Assembly: GCA_043228905.1 (NCBI GenBank) | Contig: JBHGNT010000022.1 | Location: 6,696,001-6,760,000 of the forward strand | Reading direction: 5' to 3' | Length of the DNA stretch: 64,000 bases | From: Azolla caroliniana | Lineage: Eukaryota > Plantae > Polypodiophyta | Shown here: positions 51,001-61,217 of the stretch, piece after piece | Position numbering within the stretch: position 1 is the first letter of the stretch | Layout: each line of letters begins with the position of its first letter | Notes under the pieces: model-generated | What the model was told of the DNA's origin: nothing | Seen by the model: only the letters and a program-made list of their open reading frames with translations | Databases searched by the model: none | Position numbers and translations under genes: made by a program

Positions 51001-53594
51001 CACTTGCCGTCTCTTCATCCGACTGGTCCAACCGACTCAGTCGCTCGTTCGGTCCACTCAACCGAAACGATTCCGGACTCTCATCTTGAGTCCCGGCTTC
51101 ATCATCCTCTGCCAGGGCTGATTCAGGCTCACTGGCCTGATCTTCTGGCATTGGGTTGGGATCGGAAGTCAGAGTCGGTACGGAGTACCAGGATGCCGAT
51201 TCTTCGAACTCGACATCCCGGCTAACTTGGACTTCGTTCGTCCGGGGGTTATAGCACTTATACCCCTTTTCCTCTTGAGCATAGCCGACTAGGATGCATT
51301 TTTCCGATTTTGCATCCAGCTTTCTCCGCTTCTAATCCGGCACATGCACATACGCTATGCTGCCGAATATCCGAAGGTGTCTTAAGTTCGGCTTGCGCCC
51401 GAAATACAGCTCATGAGCTGACACCTTGTCACCAACGCAGTTTTGTATGTAGACGGCCGTCTGAACCGCCTCCGCCTAGTAGAACCGGGGCATGCTCTTT
51501 TCCTCCAGCATTGCCCTTGCCGCTTCGACGAGTGTCTGGCTCTTCCTTTCGGCCACACCGTTTTGCTCCGGTGTGTATCTGCAGCTGAACTCTCGCCGAA
51601 TTCCCTTTTGCTGCAGATAACAAGTGAATTGGCCGGAAAAATATTCCTTTCCGCCATCCGACCGAAGGCATTTGATCTTCCTCTCCGATTCCCGTTCCAC
51701 CATCTTCTGGAGGCTCCGGAAACAGTCGAAGAATTCGCTTTTCCACTCAATGAGGTAGATCCAAGTATGTCGGGTATAGTCGTCGATGAAGGAGACGAAG
51801 TATCGGCTCCCGCCAAGGCTTACACTTTGTGCCGGTCCCCACACATCCGAATGGATGAGATCGAGCTTGTTACGGCTCCGGTTCCGTTCGGTGGGGAATG
51901 GAAGCCGGTGTTGCTTCCCAAGTTGGCAGGCTTCACAAATTTCGGCTCTCCGGCCGCTGAACTTCGGCAAACCGAAAACGACTTGTCTCGTTCGTAGGTC
52001 TTGAAGCCTCCGGTAGTTGACGTGGCCTTTCCGCTTGTGCCACAAGTCGATGTCCGACTCGACCTTCTGTCATTTCGCGAACAGAGCGGTGCCAAAGTCA
52101 TTGGTGTCGAGGATAAACATCCTCTTGTCTCTGCGCCCTTGCGCAATGACTTCGCCCTCATCCTCAATGAAGCACTCGAGGTGCATAAACCGCACCTGCA
52201 TCCCCTGGTCGACAATCTGACCGACGGACACCAGGTTCTTCGTGATCGTCGGAACGTGTAATACGTTCATCAGCTTCCCTTTCTGTCCGACGTGGCTTAG
52301 AGGGACTTCTCCGACGTGCACGATTGGGTGAGGAGTGTCGTCTCTGGTTTCGACTACTCCTAGTTGATTCGGTTTTTCCAGAAAGGAGAACCACTCTTTG
52401 TGGCTCGTCATGTGGTTCGACGCGCTGGAATCAACATACCACACTTCCTCCATTTTGGAAGTGGTCTTCTTCATTGAGTTTGCCTTGTGATTCATCACCA
52501 AGGCTGGCCCCTTACCGGCCTTTCCGGTTCCGGATCCTTCTGATCCGTTTGCATAGTGCGAGTTTTACCGGCCATCCTTATCGGTCTTGCCGGATCCAGA
52601 TTTGTCCGAATCGGCACGCTTTCTCCAGCACTCGCTTTCCCTGTGGCCTTTTTTGGCACAATACCAGCATTCCGTAGCGGATTTGTCTTGCCGGCCTCCG
52701 GCGCCGCCTTGACTCCCCCTACTTGTGGAAGTCCCGGAACTGCTGTCGGCACGTTCATAGTGCCTCCGTTCCTGCTCTTGCCGGCCGCCTCCATTGCGTG
52801 CCGACCCACCTCTTCCACCACACCCATGGAACCGATCCGTTCCCGTGTACAACATTCGGTTGTCCGGGGATGCACTGGTAGATGCACCGGCGTGGTTCTC
52901 CTCTACAAGGAGCATCGACTGTAAGTCGAAGAATGAGGGGGTATTCTCCCTTGTAGACACCGCAGTCCGGAACGCTCCGAACTTGGACGCCAGGCCTCCG
53001 AGACATACCTGCACCATCTCTTCTTCCTCTACGGTAACATTGATAGAGGCGAGCGAGTCGCAGATCTCCTTTATCCGGCCCGTGTAGTCTGCCACAGACA
53101 TGTTCTTCTGTCGAACATTGCTGAACTCCTGTCTGAGTTGCAGCTTCCGGGCAATGGTGCTTGCGGCGAAAACCTTTTTTAGGTTCCCCCAAGCATCCTT
53201 CGGTGTCTTGGCGTCACGGATGTGGCTGAGCAGCTGATCGCCAACACTGGACGCGAAGCAGTACATCACCCTGCTTGCCGCCTGTTCCCATACCGGGAAG
53301 TTGTTGTGTGCCGAGTCGGGTGCCGCATCATTCGCTCCTTCGACATAACTCCAGTACCCGTGTCCAAGCAGGTACCGGTGCATCTTGTAAGACCAGGATG
53401 CGTAGTTGCTCCTGTCGAGCTTCTCCACCGAGAGCGACGTAGCCATGCCTCTCTCCATGTCTTCTACTCTGTCTGTTTTCGAACTGTTAGGGTTTTCTTC
53501 TCAAGAGTAAATGTCTGCAGCAGAGGTTCTCAACCCTCTCGCTCTGATACCATGTGAACGTAAGTGTTTGCGGAAGCGTCAAATAGAGAACAAC

Positions 53595-53627
<33 letters not shown>

Positions 53628-53955
53628 AGAACGCAATTTCAAAATTATATCAAAACTCTATGTATACATTGTGCTAAGTAGCACTATTTATACAAGTCCT
53701 CCTGGGACTGACAGAAGTACCATGTACTTCAATGCTCACATGAGCATCTGACACTTACTACGAGACTATAGCTACCTAGTAGTCTATCCTATACTAGGCT
53801 TCCGATTGGACTTCCGGTTACGGATTGCATCCGGCCTCCATTGCTTGCTGGTTCGGTTGCTCACCGTCATACCGATCCATTTCGCCCAATCCGTCTCGCT
53901 TACCGGCTCCGGCTTATTCAGCCGATCCGGCTCCGGTTGAGCTTGCCGCTCAACA
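47984..53955 (-). mobile_element. Full-length Ty1/copia copy E (5972 bp) inserted in the 5' LTR of gypsy I
   Basis: LTRs 47984-48406 and 53553-53955 (about 14 substitutions by manual count, plus a (GA)n length change). PBS at 53541-53552; PPT at 48407-48418; TSD ACGGT/ATGGT. gag-pol 53458 to ~49180 with several stops and a frameshift. Confidence 0.95.
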
Positions 53956-56313
53956 ATGGTGGTGTGCAACATGTGCACATGTATAGTAGGAAACGATATA
54001 TAGAAAAAGGGGAGTATTGATCCCACATTGTAACGCTCCTCCCTCCTTGGGCTATAAAAGGAAGGGAGGGGGTTTCTTGTATGGGGTTGCCCATTTTGAG
54101 TCGTAAGGGTATACCATTTTGTAGAGGGTCATTTTGTTAAGAATTCCTAGGGTTAGTAACTGTCTTGTGATCTTCTTCTTCTTCTCCTTCTTGAGAAGCT
54201 GGCCGAGTAGCCATGGCAGCAAAGCTCTATCAGGGTTAACGTCTTTTTCTTCTGAGCGTAGCCCGGCTCGAAGTCGGGGTTGTATCTTTTCCTTTGTAAT
54301 ATATATGCTTGTATCTGCTTGTGCATATTGGTGTATCCGGTGGTATCGGGAGCATAGCCCTTCATTCCCTGTGCATAAGAGTCGGTGTCGTGCACACACA
54401 CTCTCTCTCTTGTGTTCGGTTGCCTCCGGGTCGTGTCTTGAGTCGGTTTTCTTGGCATCCCTTTTTCCCTCGTCCAAGACCCCCTGTGGTCCCGCCCCTT
54501 TCTACATGCATGCGTGTAATAACGCGACATATTTGGTGAACTCGACGTGAAAGGGCGGCAAGGGAGAATGGAGTTGGAAGAAGACGATTTCGCGCAACTT
54601 TTTGTTGAAGCGGTGAGGGAGTTTGGACGAGCAACAACAAGAAGGGAGATAGTGCAACAAGCTGTTGAGCGAGTGGTCGAAAGAGTCGGTCGTTACAACG
54701 GGGACAAGTTCCCATTCTACTTGGAAGCCTACAACACGGAAATGGAGGAGCGAGACATAGATGAGGCGTTGAGGCTGGAGTTCTTTTGTCAGGTCGTCAT
54801 CGTTCGTATGCACGCGGAAGTGAAGGAGCTCTGAGAAGCTCATAGTTCGTGGGAGGCACTCCTACAGGCATATGGAGGACGACGGAAGAGCCGGGGATGA
54901 TGCGGCTTCGACCAGTGGGTGGCATCGGCGAAGACCTACCGGGGCGCAACGAAGGAGTTCTGAGAGTTTGCTTGGCTCCCGGAGTGGGAACAAGGTTTGA
55001 TGGGGGTGGACAAAATCTTGTTGTTCGTTAAGTCGATCGACCGAGCGGAACGGGAGGCCATTGGGATTGAGCTCGAAGATGAGGACGGAGCGAATGGCCT
55101 TGTGGAGGACTGGTTGAAGGTTGAAAGGATATGCCAACGGCTAGATGACAAGCGGGCCAAGAAGGCTAGGAGGAAGGCGCGCGGCGGCGTGCAATCTTAG
55201 CGGGAAGAGGCCGAACAACAAAGAGAGTCGGCAAGGCTCAGCTTCGGGGCCATGTTTGCGAAGGTGTATGCAGCTCTTGAGGCAATGCTCAAAGCAGAGG
55301 AAAGAACGAGACCGCAAGCCGACGTTGAGGAGATGGACTTGCCCAACGAGATGGTAGGAGATTGGTACGACGGTACCACGGGAGAGGGTGCGGAACAAAA
55401 CGCCCTCTTGGCTTATGGAGATGGAACGACCAAGGACAAGGTCGAGATATCGATCGTAGAATTGGAACGTTGGGACCGGCGGTTTCGGGCACGTCAGCCC
55501 GAAACGCCGGACATTGGAGAAGCAAGCCCAGGCGGGGCTTGCGCGATCGGTAAGGAGTCGACCACCGACTACGAGGAGCCGGTGGCTACGAACAAGGGCG
55601 TAAATAGGACAGGCGGTTCTACACGTCTTCCCACGCTTGCTCCCAAGACGATGGCAGTCGGGCCCAAGTGCCCACGTGAGTCCCAAGAGGAGGAAGGCGG
55701 CGGCGTGAGACGGAGAATCGTTGGCGAGACGATACGAGGAAGGAGCGAACAAAAGCTCTAGGAGCCGATTCCGGAGAACTCGGCATTCGGGCCCTTATGC
55801 CCACGTGAGACCGAGGAGAAGGATGAAAATATCGAGGAGTCCTGGCACGATGCCAGAGAAGATGGATGGGAAATGGCCTGCGAGGAGGTCGGTGAAGGAA
55901 CCATGAAACGACCTGACCGGGGACCGAACTGCGTGGCACTCCGATTCGGGTGGGGCGCGATCCGGTCATGGATTGTTCGACCGGGTCCAGAATCGGCATG
56001 AGGGTGTCGATACGGGAGAGGGTGTAGAATGAGCGGCCCTCTTTTATGTGGGGAGAAAGATCGACCGGGCGAAGGTCGGGAATCGAAAGGAAGGTGATGA
56101 AGGGTTCAAAACGAATCCGGCGGGATCGACATCGGAGCCGAAACTCTGGACATTGGAGAATCAAGCCCAGGCAGGGCTTGGTTGATCACAGAGTGGATGC
56201 TATCCACTGACACCATTAAAAGGGTCGGTGGTCTGGGATGAGTCGCCGGAGGACGTTACGAAATCGGTTACCCACATCTTGACCGGAGACTTCAGCAGTT
56301 CAAGCCAACAAGG

Positions 56314-56525
56314 TGTTGGGTGACAGGTCCCTCCGGATGGGAAGGGAGAAGAACAGTGCTGATGAACAAACTCGGCCGAGGCCAAAACCGTATGAGGAGG
56401 ACCCAGCTACGGAGAGCCGGATGGTGCAGACCCGGTATGAACCGGATGAGGAGTACCCGACTACGGAAAACCGGATGGTGCAGACCCGGTATGAACCGGA
56501 TGAGGAGTACCCGGCTACGGAGACA
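56314..56525 (+). mobile_element. 5' fragment of a copia-F-family LTR embedded in gypsy I
   Basis: TGTTGGGTGACAGGTCCCTCCGGATG matches the F LTR start TGTTAGGAAACAAGTCCCTCCGGATG; shares the GAACCGGATGAGGAGTACCCG ~54-bp repeats. Confidence 0.75.
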
Positions 56526-57641
56526 GTCCCGATCAAGGGGTGCCCGGTGGAGGAGAAGGACGAGACAGTCGGGCCGGACGGATGCCGGCGATTCGTGGCG
56601 ACACACATCGACGACTGCGAGAAGGTGCTACAAAGGCTAGAGGATGCGAGGCTCACCTTCGGGCAATCAGAAATCCTGGTGGTCGGACACCTATGTGGAC
56701 CATATGGCCGGAAGCCGTCTCCGGCAAAGGTAGAAGCCATCTCCGCGATGAAGACCGATTGTAGCTCGGTTACGGAAGTTCGGAGGTTCTTGGGGGCATG
56801 CGCGTTCTACCACATATGGATCCCGCATTACGCCCACGTGGCGGAGCCGCTATACAGGTTGCTGAAGAAAGGGCGAAAATTCGAGTGGCGAGACGAGCAG
56901 ACGGAGTCGGTCCGGAAGCTGAAGGAAGCTCTTGCGGCAGCACCGGCGCTCCGGAAGGCTGTCTACGAGAAGGGTACCCCAGTATACATAACGGTGGATA
57001 CGAGTCCGACCGGGATCGGGTGGGTCGTCAACCAAGAAGACGAGGACGGCATTCGGTTCCCGATCCGATTCGGCGCGAAGGTCCTCAGTGAGCGACAGCG
57101 AGGGTACGCCCAGGTTAAACGAGAACTCTGGGGTATCGTTTCGGTAGTAAAGGCCGACAAAGACTACCTGATCGGGACAAAAGTGATTATCGAGACGGAT
57201 TTCCTGCCAATTCTCGGCATGGTTTCCGGATGCGCGACACCGGACCTGGCGATGCTCAGGTGGATAGCGTACATCAAGTCCCTGGACCCGGAAATACGGC
57301 ACATTTCCGGAAAGGACAACGCCATGGCCGACATGCTTTCGAGGGCGAGGTTTGATGACGAGGGCGGCATGGTTTCGGAGGACGAAGAAGTCGGCGTGGA
57401 CTTCTTCGAGGCAGCGTACGTGACGACCGACGGGACAAGCACTCCGGCACTTAACGACTTCGACGAGAGCAAGTACGACGGCGAGTGGCTCCAGATTGGT
57501 GGATTTTTGAGGACGATGACGCCGGATGCATCGTGGACGAAGGACGAGGCCAACCAGATCCGGAAGAAAGCTTAACGATTCTTTCTCCGGGACGGATACT
57601 TATGGAAGCACCCGAAGAAGAGGAACGGCGTCCCGCTCCGG

Positions 57642-58823
57642 GTGGTGGCGATGAAGGAAGAACAGGAGGAGCTGCTGACGGGCTACCATGACAGCCCTTG
57701 GGCCGGACACCGTGGAACGTGGGCCACGTTCGAGAAGATAAAGGGGAAGTACTGGTGGCCGGGACTGTACCGGGACGTGCATCAGTTCGTGACAACTTGC
57801 GAGAGCTGTCAGATGCACTCCATAGTCCGGCATCGGGATGAGCTTCGCCCTACGTACCCTCCAACCATCCACTTCAAATGGATGGTAGATCTGGTGACGA
57901 TGCCGATGGGCGTAGGACAAATGCGGTATCTGGTCCTGGCTCGGGAAGATCTGACGAACCAGGTGGAAGGCCGAGCCCTTCAGAACAAAACGACTGCGGC
58001 CGTATGTCGGTTCCTGATCGAGGACGTGATATGCCGGTACGGGTGCGTCGGGAAGATCATGGCTGATCGCGGGGAGTTGGACGCCGAAGAGGCCGAGGAG
58101 CTGTTCGACCGGCTAGGAGTCAAGCTCTCGCTCACCACTGCGTACAATCCGGAGGCAAATGGGAAGGTGGAGCGCGGACACGGACCGATCGTCAAGGCGT
58201 TAGTTCGGGCATGCGGAGGTCAAGTCGGGAACTGGCCGCGGCTATTGCCTTACGCGTTGTGGGCGGACCGAACTACGCACAGTTCGGTAACCGGATTCAT
58301 GCCGGTAGAGCTCATGTTTGGGCATAAGCCGATCATGCCGATGGAACGTACGATCTCCTCATGGGAAACCGTGGACTGGAGAGACGAGATGAGCCGGGAG
58401 GAACTGTTGACGGTGCGCATACGGCAACTCGAGCGAAGTCCGGAGGACATGGAGCAGGCTGCGGAAAAGCTTCGGGTGGCAAGGACGAGGAACAAAGCCC
58501 GGTTCGACCGGACGCGCCGGCTCCGACCAAAGAAGATCGAGGAAGGCGACTGGGTGCTAGTCTACGACAACATCCTCGACAACCAGCACCGAGCGACACG
58601 GAAGTTCGCAAGAAGGTGGTTCGGGCCTTACGTGGTACAAAGCGCCAACGACAACGGGACGTACCATCTGGCGGAACTCGACGACACAAGAATGGTGATA
58701 CCAGTAGCTGGGAAGCGGATCAAAGCGTTCAAGAAGCGTCACGACGACGAGCCGGATCCGGATAATCTGGACCGGGATGACGAACGATCCGAAACCGAGG
58801 AAGAACAAATGGGCGGGGAATGA
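57642..58823 (+). CDS. gypsy integrase (open frame, 393 aa, part of decayed pol)
   Basis: HDSPWAGHRG...YWWP..CESCQ, WMVDLV, ADRGE, YNPEANGKVERGH, RWFGPY. Confidence 0.85.
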   Translation: MVAMKEEQEELLTGYHDSPWAGHRGTWATFEKIKGKYWWPGLYRDVHQFVTTCESCQMHSIVRHRDELRPTYPPTIHFKWMVDLVTMPMGVGQMRYLVLAREDLTNQVEGRALQNKTTAAVCRFLIEDVICRYGCVGKIMADRGELDAEEAEELFDRLGVKLSLTTAYNPEANGKVERGHGPIVKALVRACGGQVGNWPRLLPYALWADRTTHSSVTGFMPVELMFGHKPIMPMERTISSWETVDWRDEMSREELLTVRIRQLERSPEDMEQAAEKLRVARTRNKARFDRTRRLRPKKIEEGDWVLVYDNILDNQHRATRKFARRWFGPYVVQSANDNGTYHLAELDDTRMVIPVAGKRIKAFKKRHDDEPDPDNLDRDDERSETEEEQMGGE

Positions 58824-59535
58824 AGGCTGGACCGGTTTTCTCCGTCCCAACTCAATTTGGCGCATGCCGGAGGATGCGCGGTTAGATGGGGGCGGATGTC
58901 GTGAAGAAAACCGTCCACAAGCGGAATCGGTGCACCGGGGCGTAGGAACCGGCTCTTCATGCCCGTACGCCTTATATTGTACATAAGGGAGAATTAGGTA
59001 CATAGGAGATCCTAGGTAGGTAGATTTAGTGGGTAGGAAGTAAAGGGGAAACGGCTCCTTCCTTGCCTATAAAAGGAGGGAGACGAGAAGGGGGATGGGA
59101 TCGCGGAATCAGAGAGGACGAAGTGTTGTCGGATTGCGTGCCGAAGGCTTCTCTCTCTTCCATACTCTGTAGTTCCTTTCTGTGCAGGTTTCGGGAGGCT
59201 CGCGCTGCTCTGAGGAATGCCCGAGTGCTTCCGGAAGCACCTCCATCCTACTCCTTTCTTTCTGTGCGTTTACGAACAGGCGTCGGCATCTATTCGCCGG
59301 CCTGTTCGGTTGTAACGAACTTCGTGTCTTGTTGTTAGTCTTTGTTAATAGATACATACATTCGTGTCTCTCTATGTCGCTGTCCCACTCGCGTCTTTGT
59401 GTCGAAGGGCCGTGTCCTTGTGAATCTACGGTCGCACCTAGTGGGTCTCTTCCCTTCTCCTTTCTCTCTTGCTCTTCGGTACAAGACCCCCGAGGTCCCG
59501 CCTCGTTCCACGCATCCGCGAGGAATACCTCGACA

Positions 59536-61195
59536 ACGTAAACCATCACTTTGACATTTCCACACTCCTTGAATTTGTTTGATTACTAGAAGAGAATCAC
59601 CTTTTACGATCAATCTTCTAATATCCCTTGCCTTACAAATTCGAAGGCCATAACACAAAGTGGCGTACTCTACTTCATTGTTGGTATTGGCATTGGATAA
59701 AATAATACCCTCCGTGTGCACAGTCTCTCCATTAGGGTCTCTTATAACGAGGCCTCCAACCGTTGAATGTGTCACCTTATGAAATGCCCCATCAAAGAAT
59801 AACGTGAAAGCATCCTCCATATCTGGTTCAGGAAGTGCATCTCTTATCTTTGTCAATTCCTCCTCACAAAGGTTTTCTCTAAAGGTGAGGAGATCCACCA
59901 ACTCCGCACACATGGTAGACTCAAGCTTAACCTCAAAATCATATTCAACTAATTGGAGAGCCCATTTCATAATCCTAGCTAACACACTAACATGTTGGAG
60001 AATATATGGTAGTAAGGGCATACTAGTGATGATTATGAAGTGTTGGGAAATTAGAAAACTCCTAAACTTTTTGCATGCATAAATTAGGGTTAACATCCAC
60101 TTCTCTATATCCATGGAAGTCTTTTCCACATCACTTATGGCTCTACTAATAAAGTAAATAGGATACATAAGTTTATTATGAGGATCTTGTTGCATAAGAA
60201 TAGCACCAATAGCATGAGAACTAACACTAAGAGAAAGGAAGAAAGTGGAGCTACTATTAGGAGGCTTAAGGATAGGAGCTTTCGATAATAGATCTCTTAT
60301 TGTATCAAAATTTTCTTCTAGAAAACGATTCCATACAAAGACGTTGGTGCGTAGGATGACTCTAAACGGATAAAGTACTTGGGCTAGCATATGGATAAAC
60401 CTTTCAAAATAACGCACCTTTTGTACAAATGTTTCCAATGACTTAATATCTTTCGGGTAAGGTAGAGCTTCTAGTGCTTTAACCTTTGATGGATCCACCT
60501 TAATCCCTTGAAGAGATACCACATGACTAGGCATCACCACTTCTTTTTCACCAATGCGACACTTGTCGAGGTTGAGTTGTCCTTTGCACTCATCGAGTCT
60601 TTTGAAAGTTGCCCGCGCCTTCTCTAGATGATCAATCTTTTTGCTATATATAGCAAAATCATCTATAAACACCCTTACAAACTTTCCAAAAAAGGGTTGA
60701 AATACATGAATAGCCAAACGATTAAAGGTAAAAAGAACATTAGTTAATCCAAAAGGCATACACCTATATGCAAAACAACCCCAAGGACTAATAAATGTGG
60801 TTTTTCTTTGGTCGTCTTCGGCGATTCTTATTTGAAAATAACCAGAATAACCATTGGAAATGGTGTATAGTTCGTGCCCAACAATCTCATCCAAAATCTC
60901 ATCTTGGAAAGGAAGTGGAAAATGATCTCGTTTGGTTGAAGCATTCAAGGGTTTGAAGTCGACACATACCTGCCATTTCCCATTCATTTTTGGAACTACC
61001 ACAACTGGTGACACCTAGTCAGAATCCTCCACTGGGTAAATAAAACCTGCTCTCAACAATGCTTTAACTTACTTTAAAAGAGCTTCCTTTTGTACCATAC
61101 CTAACCGGCAAAGCTTTTGAGCAACCGGTACACTTTTTTCCTTTAGATTGATGTGATGCTTGATGACATCTACTCCTCTTATATGCTAATAGTCA
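59536..61195 (-). pseudogene. gypsy H pol: RT, RNase H and additional (archaeal-type) RNase H; Tat lineage
   Basis: SPVVVVPK, CVDFKPLN, MPFGLTN, FIDDF, and a degenerate native RH. Then TLFFDGA...TNNEVEY...IVKGDSLLVIKQ (aRH). Domain order RT-RH-aRH-INT. Confidence 0.9.
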
Positions 61196-61217
61196 TTTAT
61201 GAATAATTTTGGAAACT

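Larger units (their letters stand above)
47928..59535 (+). mobile_element. Ty3/gypsy element I (tRNA-Trp PBS, 4-bp TSD), internally deleted, with dissimilar LTRs
   Basis: 5' LTR 47928-47983 plus 53961-54529. PBS TGGTGAACTCGACGTGAA at 54534-54551 (complementary to the plant tRNA-Trp 3' end, one mismatch). gag from ~54568; RT tail/RNase H 56526-57575; integrase 57642-58823; PPT 58884-58896; 3' LTR 58897-59535. TSD ACAT/ACGT. Confidence 0.82.

Noticed and set aside
16203-59549. Numerous overlapping antisense or alternative-frame ORFs in GC-rich retroelements
   Set aside because: Shadow ORFs of gag-pol caused by high GC content and few stop codons; no independent motifs.
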